A stretch of DNA of 32,716 nt from Planctomycetota bacterium (GTDB taxonomy: Bacteria; Planctomycetota; MHYJ01; WSZJ01): the NCBI GenBank assembly GCA_038060895.1, contig JBBTCT010000010.1, positions 56,733 to 89,448 of the forward strand, in the 5' to 3' direction. The notes beneath the pieces were generated by a model. That model saw nothing but the letters and a program-made list of their open reading frames with translations. It was not told the DNA's origin and searched no databases. Both the position numbers and the translations under genes were made by a program. Shown here piece by piece: positions 1 to 10,923 of this stretch (its first letter is position 1; each line of letters opens with the position of its first letter).

Positions 1-67
1 TGCGGCGCGCGCGTCCTTTTGTGCGCGCCACATGAGCCCTCATCTCGAGACTCACGCACGCGCGCGA

Positions 68-155
68 CGGAGGGGGTGGGATTCGAACCCACGCGGGAGT
101 TTCCCCCCAACTCGATTTCGAATCGAGCCCGTTATGGCCACTTCGGTACCCCTCC
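68..155 (-). tRNA. tRNA-Ser(CGA)
   Basis: Reverse complement GGAGGGGTACCGAAGTGGCCATAACGGGCTCGA-TTCGAAA-TCGAG...GGTTCGAATCCCACCCCCTCCG: acceptor stem, CGA anticodon, long variable arm, TTCGAAT T-loop, G discriminator; CCA not encoded. Confidence 0.96.
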
Positions 156-259
156 TGAATTGAAGAGCGCGGGATGCCTGCGCTGCGGAGAGGCGGGTCG
201 CATGGGCACCCGCTCGACCCGCCTCTACGCTGCTCCGGCATCCCGCGCTCTTCAATTCA
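156..259. repeat. Long palindromic element (rod-like hairpin)
   Basis: Perfect 23-bp inverted repeat TGAATTGAAGAGCGCGGGATGCC (156-178) / 237-259, plus inner 12-bp pair AGAGGCGGGTCG / CGACCCGCCTCT. Confidence 0.9.
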
Positions 260-273
260 CGAACGGCCAGCTT

Positions 274-744
274 TCACGGCTCCTTGCGGCGGCGGCGGAA
301 GAAGGACTTCAGAAGGTCGCTGCACTCGTGTTCCAGGACGCCGCTTCTCGAGAGAACCCGGTGGTTCAGGCGCGGCTCTTCCAGGATCCGGAAGACGCTC
401 TCGACCGCGCCGGCCCTCGGGTCGGCGGTGGCCCAGACGACCTCCTCCAGCCTGGCCAGGACCAAGGCGCCGGCGCACATCGCGCACGGCTCGAGCGTGA
501 CGTACATCCGCGCACCGGAGAGGCGCCAATTCTGCAGGTGTTCCGCCGCCGCGGTAAGCGCAATCATTTCGGCGTGGGCAGTCGGGTCCTTGAGGAGCTC
601 GCGCTGGTTGCGGCCACGCGCAATGACCTGGGCGCGGTGGACGATCACCGCCCCGATCGGCACTTCCCCCTCCGCCTCGGCCTTGCGGGCCTCGCGAAGT
701 GCCTCTCGCATCCAGGTCTGGTCGCCAGGTACCAGCAATCCCAT
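274..744 (-). CDS. tadA: tRNA adenosine(34) deaminase
   Basis: Motifs MREAL..A..A...GEVPIGAVIV, DPTAHAE, YVTLEPCAMCAGAL and C-terminal LLKSFFRRRR. Start moved to ATG 744 because the longer ORF (to 918) runs through a palindrome and the tRNA. Confidence 0.95.
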   Translation of the reverse strand: MGLLVPGDQTWMREALREARKAEAEGEVPIGAVIVHRAQVIARGRNQRELLKDPTAHAEMIALTAAAEHLQNWRLSGARMYVTLEPCAMCAGALVLARLEEVVWATADPRAGAVESVFRILEEPRLNHRVLSRSGVLEHECSDLLKSFFRRRRKEP

Positions 745-769
745 TCTCGGGAAGCCTCGGCAGAAGGTC

Positions 770-897
770 GGCGCATCGCGCGTCGATTCGCGGAAAGACC
801 GTCCTGGGGTTCGCCGTCCGGGGTGGCGCTGCCTTTCGCGCGGCCCGGACGTGCGAACCTCGGGACGGTCTTTCCGCGAATCGACGCGCGATGCGCC
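770..897. repeat. Long palindromic element overlapping the tRNA-Arg 3' end
   Basis: Perfect 35-bp inverted repeat GGCGCATCGCGCGTCGATTCGCGGAAAGACCGTCC (770-804) / 863-897, extended inward by imperfect pairing. Confidence 0.9.
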
Positions 898-965
898 CTG
901 CAGGACTCGAACCTGCAACCCTCTGGTTCGTAGCCAGATACTCTATCCAGTTGAGCTAAGGGCGC
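892..965 (-). tRNA. tRNA-Arg(ACG)
   Basis: Reverse complement GCGCCCTTAGCTCAACTGGATAGAGTATCTGG-CTACGAA-CCAGAGGGTTGCAGGTTCGAGTCCTGCAGGGCGCA: canonical cloverleaf, ACG anticodon; CCA not encoded. Confidence 0.97.
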
Positions 966-1030
966 AACTTCATGTTTTTCAAAGATTTAGGGGCGCCTGC
1001 AGCCGGCTGCAGGCCCTGACCGAGGGTGGA

Positions 1031-1058
1031 ATCTTAGCGTGCGAGAAGCGGGTGTCAA
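1031..1058 (-). promoter_or_regulatory. Sigma70-type promoter for the tRNA-Arg/tadA/tRNA-Ser unit
   Basis: TTGACA (1058-1053), 16-nt spacer, TAAGAT (1036-1031), about 65 nt upstream of tRNA-Arg. Confidence 0.75.
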
Positions 1059-1117
1059 GCACGCCGCCCGGCGGACCTCCGTCTTGATCGGAGCCGGCGC
1101 CGTCCGGTTCGCTTAGA

Positions 1118-4100
1118 ATGCGCCGGATGCCGTCCCTGGACATGGTGTGCCTCTGGTCCCTTGCTGCGATCCTGACGCTGGCACCCTTTGCGCTTTATCG
1201 GGCGCGCCACCGTTTCGGGAGCATGCCGCTCTGGGTCTGGGTGGGCGGTACGTTGATGCTCGGCGACATCGTGTCGATCGCAATCCCGATTCTCCACACC
1301 CGCGTCGCCCTCACTTCGGTCGCACTGTTCCCTTCCCTGCTCTCCATCGCCCTCCTTCTCTACATCCACTCGGGCGTCATCGAGACGCGCCGCTACATCC
1401 TCACCCTTGTCTGCGTCAGCGTCGCCTGGTCCCTCACGTGCGCGCTGATTTACGGGGCGCTGAGGGGCGGAAGAGTCGACCTGTTTGTCGCGGGTCCGAC
1501 CGGGCAGTACGCGGAGCTGGTTCTGATCACGCCGAGAACCATGGTCGCCAGCGCGGCCGCCATGCTCGTCGATCTCTTTCTCCTTCTCATTGCCTGGCAA
1601 TGGCTGCAGAACAACACGCGGCTCCCGTTCGGCGCCAGGGCTTTCCTGTCGCTGGGGCTGACCCTGTTCGCGGATTCAACGCTGTTCGTCTTCGGCGCGT
1701 TCTGGCCCGCGGATTTCGTCCCCTCCCTCTACGCCGGGCACCTCCTCGGCAAGGGCATCGCCGCCGCGGCCAATGCCCTCCTCGTCGCCGCTTATGTCGG
1801 CTTCATCGAACCGCGCGCAAAACAGCCCGAGGCACGCGGAACGCTCGACATCCTGCGGGTGAAGGAACGGCTCGAACGGGTCGAACGCGCCCTCGAGACT
1901 TCCGAACAGCGCTACCGGCAGCTCTTCGAGAACATCCTCGACGCGGTCGTGGTGATCCGGCAGGGGCGCATTTTCGACATGAACCGGCGCGCGGAAGCGC
2001 TGTTCGGAATGACGAGGGAGGATCTGAAAGTCGCGAGCGCGAGCGAGCTGGGGCTGCCGGCGGTCACGGAGTCATTTGAAGTGGCGAAGTTGAGGATGAA
2101 AGACGGACGTGAAGTGACGGTGGAGGCAGCGGGCGTTTCGATGGACATCGAGGGGGCCGAGGCCCGTCTGATCACGGTCCGCGACATTTCGGACCGCGAA
2201 CGCGCGGCGGCGCTCATCCGGCGCAAGAACCGGGAACTCGAGGCGTTGAATTCGGTGGCCGAGCTCGGGATCCGGAACGCGGCGTTGCAGGACGTGATGA
2301 ACGAGGCGGTCAAGCTGGTGCAGGGGTTGACGGGCACCGATTCGGTGGCGCTGTGCCTGTCGTCAGAGGACGGGAAGTCGTTGACGCTGGCGGCCGCGAC
2401 CGGGATGTCCGACGAGTTGAAAAACAAGGTGGGGGAAATCCGATTCGGGCTGCTCTGGAAGGTGTTCCAGTCGGGCCAGGCGCTGGTGGAGAATGACCTG
2501 CCGGGACGATCGGAGGCGCGGCGGGACCTGATGGAGAACGGAGTCGTCGTTCATGCGACGAGTGCGGCGCCGATCCAGTCGCGCGGCCGGACGATCGGGA
2601 CGCTTTCGGCTTGCTCGTACAAGCCCCGGACCTTCGCAGCGGAAGATGCCGCGCTCCTGGGAACCCTGGGCGCCCAGCTGGGCGCAGTCGTCGATAACGC
2701 ACGGCTGATCGACGCGCAGCGGGACCAGACGGAAGTCAGCGAAATCCTGCTTGCCGCGGCGACGGCGTTCGGCCGTTCGCGCACCGTGGAGGACCTGGCC
2801 GACGCGCTCCTCGAAGCCGCAACCCTGGCTTCCGGCCAGCCGGGAGTTTCCCTCCTGATTTACGACGATGAGCGGGACCTTCTGAAGTTGACGGCACTCG
2901 CCGGCATGCCGGATGAAGCGAAGAAACTGCTGCTGGGAAGAACCTGGGGGCCGAAGAACGAACCGACGCGCCAGTTGCGCGAGGGCCGTGCGACGCTGGT
3001 ACTGACACGCGAGGAAATGCGCAAGTACGATGCCGCGGCCGTCGATGTCGCGGCCCCCGCCGCGACGGTGTTCGTTCCGCTCTTTCAGCAGGAACAGTTC
3101 ATGGGTGCGATCGCCGTAAATTTCAACGACCCGCTCTGCATCGACGGGAGGACCCTTTCCCTGCTCGAGGGAATCGCCGGCCTGTGCGCCGCTTCCCTCT
3201 CGAACCTGAACCTCTGGGGCATCGCCGAGCGGCGCGCAAATCTCGGCGCGGCGCTCCTCTCCGCCGGCCAGGCGCTCGCTTCGGCGCGGGCCCCCGAGCA
3301 GGTCACCAGGGACGCTGCGGCGCTCGCCCGAAGCACGCTCAGGACGGAGGCCGCATGGGTCTGGACGGCTGCGGGCGGGAGGTTCCGTTCCGAGTCGCGC
3401 TCAGGCGGTCTGGCAGACCTCGAGGGACGCGTCCTTGAAGGAAACGAGCTCTTCGGCGGCAAGCTCCTTGACGGCGGGGGCGCCGTGGCGCTGGCGGACT
3501 CGCACGCACAGGACGCTTCCGCAGAATCCCGCGCGACGGCCCGGTTGCTGGGGGCCCGAAGCGCGCTGGCGGTTCCCCTCCGGGTCGGCGAACGCGTGCT
3601 TGGCGCGATTGCCGTCGGGGATGCCGCGCCGCGTCAATTCGTGCGTGAGGACGTGACGGCGCTCGAGACGCTGGCGACCTACACGGCGGTCTGCCTTGAA
3701 AACGCACGGCTCCTGCAGGACCTCTCGCTCTCGAACGAGGAAATCCGGGACGCGCAGGCGCAGATCGTGCGCGCCGAATCGCTCGCGGCGATCGGAAGGC
3801 TGTCGGCTGCGATCGCGCACGAAGTGCGAAATCCGCTCTCCGGGATCTCGGCGGCTGCACAGGCCCTTCTGAAATCCGTCGGCCAGTCCGGCGCCCTCGC
3901 TTCGGACGTACAGTTGCTCAACATCATCGACCGGGAATCGAAGCGACTGAACCGGATCATCACGGACTTCCTCCAGTTCGCGAGGCCCCGCACGCCGGCG
4001 TTGCGGCGGGTCGCCGTTCCCGCCCTCGTTGATTCGACCCTGGGCCTTCTTGAAAAGGACATGGCGGGACGATTCAAGGTTGAACGCGAATTCTCCGCCG

Positions 4101-4489
4101 AGCTGCCGGCGGCCCACGCGGACGGCGACCAGCTCAAACAGGTGATGCTGAACCTCATCCTGAACTCCATGCAGGCGATGCCGGCGGGCGGAACACTGTC
4201 GGTGCGCGCCCGGCCGGCGGAATTGCCCGCAGGACCCGCAGTCGAGATTTCGGTCCAGGACACGGGCCCGGGCATCCCGTCGGGCGACCTCCCGCGAGTT
4301 TTTGAGCCGTTTTTCTCGACCAAGAAGGAAGGCACGGGGCTGGGACTCGCGATCGCGCACCAGATCGTGCAGTCCCACAACGGGGTCATTACGGCGCACG
4401 GCTCCCCGTCCGGCGGCGCCCTCATCCGGGTCCTTCTTCCCGCTTCGCCGTCCCCCGCCCCCGTGGTTCAGGGAATGCGCGAGGCGTGA
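1118..4489 (+). CDS. Membrane sensor histidine kinase (VUT/YhhQ-like TM domain, PAS, three GAF, HisKA, HATPase)
   Basis: H-box AIAHEVRNPL, N-box QVMLNLILNS, G1 DTGPGI, F-box VFEPFFSTK, G2 GTGLGL; PAS (YRQLFENILDAVVV...VRDISDR); GAF ends such as AVVDNARL and CLENARL; ~230-aa hydrophobic N-terminus. True start may be ATG 1127. Confidence 0.93.
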   Translation: MRRMPSLDMVCLWSLAAILTLAPFALYRARHRFGSMPLWVWVGGTLMLGDIVSIAIPILHTRVALTSVALFPSLLSIALLLYIHSGVIETRRYILTLVCVSVAWSLTCALIYGALRGGRVDLFVAGPTGQYAELVLITPRTMVASAAAMLVDLFLLLIAWQWLQNNTRLPFGARAFLSLGLTLFADSTLFVFGAFWPADFVPSLYAGHLLGKGIAAAANALLVAAYVGFIEPRAKQPEARGTLDILRVKERLERVERALETSEQRYRQLFENILDAVVVIRQGRIFDMNRRAEALFGMTREDLKVASASELGLPAVTESFEVAKLRMKDGREVTVEAAGVSMDIEGAEARLITVRDISDRERAAALIRRKNRELEALNSVAELGIRNAALQDVMNEAVKLVQGLTGTDSVALCLSSEDGKSLTLAAATGMSDELKNKVGEIRFGLLWKVFQSGQALVENDLPGRSEARRDLMENGVVVHATSAAPIQSRGRTIGTLSACSYKPRTFAAEDAALLGTLGAQLGAVVDNARLIDAQRDQTEVSEILLAAATAFGRSRTVEDLADALLEAATLASGQPGVSLLIYDDERDLLKLTALAGMPDEAKKLLLGRTWGPKNEPTRQLREGRATLVLTREEMRKYDAAAVDVAAPAATVFVPLFQQEQFMGAIAVNFNDPLCIDGRTLSLLEGIAGLCAASLSNLNLWGIAERRANLGAALLSAGQALASARAPEQVTRDAAALARSTLRTEAAWVWTAAGGRFRSESRSGGLADLEGRVLEGNELFGGKLLDGGGAVALADSHAQDASAESRATARLLGARSALAVPLRVGERVLGAIAVGDAAPRQFVREDVTALETLATYTAVCLENARLLQDLSLSNEEIRDAQAQIVRAESLAAIGRLSAAIAHEVRNPLSGISAAAQALLKSVGQSGALASDVQLLNIIDRESKRLNRIITDFLQFARPRTPALRRVAVPALVDSTLGLLEKDMAGRFKVEREFSAELPAAHADGDQLKQVMLNLILNSMQAMPAGGTLSVRARPAELPAGPAVEISVQDTGPGIPSGDLPRVFEPFFSTKKEGTGLGLAIAHQIVQSHNGVITAHGSPSGGALIRVLLPASPSPAPVVQGMREA

Positions 4490-5511
4490 AGCCCCGGCAG
4501 GAATTCCCCGGCGCGGCGAATGACGGCGTTCCAGTCCACGGCCGCGAGGAACAGCACGGCCCATCCGCCGAAATCGATGCCCATCAGGGCGCCGATGCCG
4601 GCGTGAAACAAGGCGGCGCCGGCGAGAAGCGCGTACTGACCGGCGCGCGGCAGCACGAAGAGGAGCGCAAAACCGAGTTCCAGGAAGAGCGTGGCCCAGG
4701 AGAGTGCGACGCAGAGAGCGCGTGAGGAGCCGACCGCGCGGCCGGTAGGAGTGGACATCGTGGAATTCGCGATTCGCTCGATGCCCCAGGGATCGCGGAA
4801 TCTCGCTTCCGCCGGCGCCTCGCGGTCGGCGACAAAAAACTGCGTCGAGTCCCCCAGCCGCTTCTTGCCCGCGGTGCCCTGCAGGTACCACTGGAGAGTC
4901 CGGCCCGTGAGCCAGTCGCCGCCGGCCCAGCGCAGCTTGGCGACGCCCGCTGAGACATAAATGAGCGCGGCGGCGGCCAGAATCAGATGAACGGGCCAGA
5001 CCACGGCTGGACGGCCCGCAAGCCGTTCCGCCCAGGCGAACTTCTCGCCGCGCCTTCGGGACCGCCAGGCTTCCAGAAGCGCGTCTACCGACCAGGCCTT
5101 GACCCCGGGAGCGAAGGCGAGCACGAAGAGGGCCAGGGACGGGAGGATGCTGGCGTGCGCGACGTAGACCCACGAGCTGTGCCAGGAGCGGAGGGCGAAG
5201 TTGACGAGGGCCAGTGCGAGGAGTGAGAAGCGCGTGCCGACGCCTAGCAGGGCAAGCGGCGCCAGGATCCAGGCGAAACCCCGCAGGACTGCGAGGGTCT
5301 CGGCGGGTTCCCACGAGGCGGGGATAATCGGAGGGAGCCAGCGGTACCCGGCCGACGGAACTTCCAGACCCAATGGCCGACGCAGCAGGACATCGAGGGC
5401 AGGAAGAAAGTCGAGGAAGTCCCCGATGAACCACGCGCACAGGAAGATCCGGAATGCCCCGATGGAGTGGCGATTCGTCGTCGCGAACCAGAAGGAGGTC
5501 CAGCGCTTCAT
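4468..5511 (-). CDS. HTTM-domain membrane protein (vitamin K-dependent carboxylase/SdpB-like)
   Basis: Multi-TM; patterns IGAFRI, ALLGVGTR, AWSVDA, IYVSAGVAKL....DWLTG, ATLFLELGF, FHAGIGALMGIDF typical of HTTM proteins. Overlaps the kinase tail-to-tail by 22 bp. Confidence 0.75.
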   Translation of the reverse strand: MKRWTSFWFATTNRHSIGAFRIFLCAWFIGDFLDFLPALDVLLRRPLGLEVPSAGYRWLPPIIPASWEPAETLAVLRGFAWILAPLALLGVGTRFSLLALALVNFALRSWHSSWVYVAHASILPSLALFVLAFAPGVKAWSVDALLEAWRSRRRGEKFAWAERLAGRPAVVWPVHLILAAAALIYVSAGVAKLRWAGGDWLTGRTLQWYLQGTAGKKRLGDSTQFFVADREAPAEARFRDPWGIERIANSTMSTPTGRAVGSSRALCVALSWATLFLELGFALLFVLPRAGQYALLAGAALFHAGIGALMGIDFGGWAVLFLAAVDWNAVIRRAGEFLPGLHASRIP

Positions 5512-6407
5512 CGCGCTCTCCGGAATCGCTCTTCACGGGCGTCCCATGATCCGCATGTGACTCGCTCGACGGCGTTTCCCGCCTCGCGGACCACTTCAAG
5601 CCGGATCGCGACGGTTCCGGGCGCGAGAGCGTCCCGGTTGCGGGCTTCCCCGGCGAAGAGCGTGAAGAACCCCGACATCCGCTCCTCGAATTTCGCGGGA
5701 GTGTCTGCGGCGACGGCGCCGTACTCGTATGCAGGATCCGTTGAGCCGTAGTATTTCGCGAAGAAGACGCGCTTCAGCCGCAGCTCGGGAATTCCACACG
5801 CATCGGAGGGGATCTCGCGCTCTCTTCCCCGGTCGTCGACCGCGATAAACCGGAACGAGTAGCGGGCTCCGTCAGGCTCGACGTGGTTGGCAAACATGGG
5901 GAGGCAGGTCAGGGGCCAGCTCTCGACGCGGAGAACTGTTCCCGCAGCCGCGACGCCGAGAACGGCGCAGATCAGGAGGCTTGCGAACGCCTTGTGGAGG
6001 ATCGTCGGTTCCCCGATCCGGCAGGCCAGCACGGTCTTCCTGTGATCTGCGACCCACCGGTAAGCAGCACTCCCCGGGATGGAAACTCCCGGCAGGTGCA
6101 TCAGCGCCCCGAGCCAGCAGGTCAGCGGCCACCGGAGCATCAGAAATCGCACCGCCTCGAATCCCGCGAGCGTGCGCCCCCCGCCGGCGACGTGAATGGC
6201 GCGCTCCAGATCCTCGCGCTTCAACCCGGGATGGTCCGCCGCCACCCCTTCTTCCTGGTTCGGCCTCCACCGGAATCGGCCGAGCCAGTCGAGCCGCTCC
6301 CCGTAACAGCGCGTCGCTTCACAGATCCCGCAGTCCCCGTCGTAGATCACGTCATAGCGGGTTGTCCGCGACGGGCTGGAGGCAGGCGAGTCGGGTGCAG
6401 GTTTCAT
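5508..6407 (-). CDS. DCC1-like (DUF393) thiol-disulfide oxidoreductase fused to a TM helix and C-terminal domain
   Basis: VIYDGDCGIC, LAGFEA and AYRWVADHR are DCC-family motifs; then a TM segment and WPLTCLPMFA. Stop overlaps the HTTM start (ATGA). Start chosen at ATG 6407. Confidence 0.82.
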   Translation of the reverse strand: MKPAPDSPASSPSRTTRYDVIYDGDCGICEATRCYGERLDWLGRFRWRPNQEEGVAADHPGLKREDLERAIHVAGGGRTLAGFEAVRFLMLRWPLTCWLGALMHLPGVSIPGSAAYRWVADHRKTVLACRIGEPTILHKAFASLLICAVLGVAAAGTVLRVESWPLTCLPMFANHVEPDGARYSFRFIAVDDRGREREIPSDACGIPELRLKRVFFAKYYGSTDPAYEYGAVAADTPAKFEERMSGFFTLFAGEARNRDALAPGTVAIRLEVVREAGNAVERVTCGSWDAREERFRRAR

Positions 6408-6500
6408 GGGACGCGCCTGACACCATGGCCGGAACAAAGCGCGAGGTCAAGCACGCGGCCTCCGGGAGACCGCGCGCGCGCCTTGCCCTCGTTGCCGCTG

Positions 6501-7271
6501 CTACTTCGCCGGCGCCGGCGCCGGCTTCGCGTCGAGGTACAGGAGACGGCTGCACGAACGGCACGGAAGCGCGTCCTTGCCCTTCATGATCGTGTTGATG
6601 TCCTGGTACGTGATCCCCATCCGGCAGCAACCGCAGTGGTAACCGTCTGCTTCCTGCACCGCCGCCGCGAGGGCAACGGCATCCGGCTTTGAACGCTGGA
6701 TCCGTTCGTAGATCTTGAGGAAGTCCGCGTCCACCGACGATGCCGCGGCCGCCCGCCTCTCCCGCAGCCCCTTCAGTTCCTCGTCGATCTTCGCAATCTC
6801 CGAATCCACGCCCTTCTTGGCGTCTGCGTGCTTGCCGAGCGCCGACTCCATCGCCGACTTTGCCTCGCCCGCCATCCTGGTGGCCTCTTCCATGGAGGAC
6901 ATCAGCTTCAGGACATCCTCCTCGATCCTGCCCGCGTCGTTCCGGATCGCCGCGATCTCGACGTTGTAGCCCTGGTACTCCTTGTTCGACTTCGACTGGT
7001 CCCTCTGCCCCTCCAGGCGCTTGCGGCGCTCCTCGCGCTCCTTCAGGTCCAGTTCTTTCTTCTCCACCTCCAGCTTCGCGTCCTTCGAGAGCTTCAGTTT
7101 CCCGTCGTGCTCGGCGCGCTTCGCCGCAACTTCCTTGTCGATCGAATCGAGCGCTCGCGGTTTCTGGAGGCGGTCCTTGTTCCAGCGGAAGATCTGCTTG
7201 TCGAGGTCCTGCAGGGCGCGGAGATGCTGAATCTGCGCTTTCATGACGGGAATCGGGGGCTGCTGGTCCAT
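6501..7271 (-). CDS. Coiled-coil protein with C4 zinc ribbon (DUF164 / zf-RING_7 family)
   Basis: LRALQDLD start, long coiled coil with SNKEY motif, YERI, CGCCRM...CRSCSRLLY. GGAGA upstream of ATG 7271. Confidence 0.9.
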   Translation of the reverse strand: MDQQPPIPVMKAQIQHLRALQDLDKQIFRWNKDRLQKPRALDSIDKEVAAKRAEHDGKLKLSKDAKLEVEKKELDLKEREERRKRLEGQRDQSKSNKEYQGYNVEIAAIRNDAGRIEEDVLKLMSSMEEATRMAGEAKSAMESALGKHADAKKGVDSEIAKIDEELKGLRERRAAAASSVDADFLKIYERIQRSKPDAVALAAAVQEADGYHCGCCRMGITYQDINTIMKGKDALPCRSCSRLLYLDAKPAPAPAK

Positions 7272-7387
7272 TCCGGTGTTCGTCTCCGTGTTCTTGATCT
7301 GGATTTGCGCTTGCAATGTTATCGGTTCAACATCGAACTTTTCGACTCGCTTCCCTCGCTCAGGTTTCCTTTCCGGGCCTCGCCCGG

Positions 7388-7422
7388 AAAAGAAGAAGGG
7401 CGGGGCTTTTGGCCCCGCCCTT
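7388..7422 (-). terminator. Intrinsic terminator after rpoD
   Basis: Minus strand AAGGGCGGGGC-CAAAA-GCCCCGCCCTT followed by CTTCTTTT, immediately after the rpoD stop. Confidence 0.8.
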
Positions 7423-7425
7423 GTC

Positions 7426-9168
<1,743 letters not shown>

Positions 9169-10923
9169 GCCTTTCCCCTTCACCATCACCACGGGCACGG
9201 GCTTCAGCCCCTTCCCGGCCAAGGCGGGCGGCCTTTTCCCGCTCGGCTCCGCCTTTGATGTAGGCGAGGACGGCTTCCCAGCGGTTCTTGGGATTCCCCT
9301 GCTTGCGGCGTCCCTCTTCGACGAGGTCGGCGACGAGGGCGGAGAGTGAGGGGTCGTGCGCGACGGCCGCGAAGAGGCCGTCGGGTCCTGCGCTTCCACG
9401 TTCTTCGGCGATTCCAAGGATCAGCTCTCCCAGTTTGCGGGATTCTTCGGTTGGGAATTCTTCGAGCGACAGCGACGACCTTACGGCCTCCAGCGTTTCG
9501 CCACCCAGCAGCATCAATTCGACGATCTCTCGCCCGGCACGAACGTCCCGGTCTTCCGCGGGAGGGGCCGGAAGCGCCGCCGCCTGGGGGCGGGCGGTCT
9601 TGCCCGGCTTTTTCGCCAGTTCCTTGCGGATCGCGGTTTCCGGCACCCGGAAGACCTCGGTCACGCGGCGGATCTGGGCTTCACGCAGGACATCATTCTC
9701 AACGAGCGCGAGGGTCGAGATTATTTCCTCAACCGCCGCGGCCGCTCCTTTCGCCGTCGCCGTGTCGTGCCGGCCGCGCGCTAAATCGAGGCGGAACTCG
9801 AAGAGTTCCCGGGCCCCGGCGGCGGCCTTTTCGAACGGCTCCTTGCCCAGCTGCACGAAGCAGTCGGCCGGGTCGAGGCCGGCGGGAAGGGTCGCGATCC
9901 GGAATTCGACGTCCTCGTTGAGGAAGAAGTCGAGGGACCGCTCGCTTGCCTTCGTGCCGGCCGCGTCGCCGTCGTAAACGGCGATGACCTTCGGCGCGAA
10001 CCGCTTCAGTTGCTTCACGTGCTCTGACGCCAGCGCCGTGCCCAGGGTGGCGACGACCCATTCGTAACCGTACTGGTGCGCGGCGATGACGTCTGTGTAG
10101 CCTTCGACGATTGCCAGCTGACCTGCTTTGGAAGCGGCCTGCCGGGCGAAATTGAGCCCGTACAGGAACTCCTTCTTCTTGAACACCGCCGTCTCCGGAG
10201 AGTTCAGGTATTTCGGCTGGTCTTCGGGGTCGAGGGCGCGGGCGCCGAATCCGGCGACGCGGTCTTTGATGTCGACGATCGGGAACATCAGGCGGTTGCG
10301 GAAACGGCCGTAGTGCCCGGCCCGGCCGTCCGTCCTCGCAAGGGCCAGCCCGGCCGCCGTCAGGAGCGCGGCGTCGTAGCCCTTCACCTTCCCCTGGTCG
10401 AGAATCCACTCCCAGCTGCGGGGCGAATACCCGAGGAAAAAACGGCTCACCATGGCGTGTGAAATGCCGCGTTTCTCCACGTAGGCTCGCGCCTCCGCGC
10501 CTTCTTCCCCTTCCAACAGCTTTTTGTGAAAGAGCGCCGCAGCCCAGCGATTGACCTTGTAAATCTCCTCCCGGTAGGACGCCGCTGCGCGCTCGGCCGG
10601 GTCTGGCGGCCGAAGCGGGATGTTCGCCTTCTCAGCGAGCATCCGAAGCGCTTCCGGGAACGTCGCCTTCTCCATCTCCATCACGAACGTGAAGACATCG
10701 CCGCCCTTCTGGCACCCGAAGCACTTGAAGTACTGGTCTATCGAGTGGACATGAAACGACGGCGTTTTTTCCTCGTGGAAGGGGCAGCGCGCGACGAAAT
10801 CGTTCCCCCGTTTTGTGAGGGGAACGTAGGTCTCGATGAGCTCGACGATGTCGATTGCGCGCTTGATCTGCAGTTTGACGTCGTCGGACAGCATCGGCGG
10901 GCCGAACCTTTCGAAGACCGGCA

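Noticed and set aside
156-259. SRP RNA (ffs), often near tadA and tRNA-Ser
   Set aside because: Neither this hairpin nor 770-897 shows the CAGG...GRAA...AGCAG helix-8 arrangement on either strand.
770-965. Integrative element attachment site at tRNA-Arg
   Set aside because: The tRNA-end copy is inverted and only 6 nt; no integrase or direct repeat seen.
9187-9417. Long Ser/Pro-rich N-terminus of RpoD
   Set aside because: Lies deep inside dnaG and reads like an alternative-frame translation; cannot be fully excluded.
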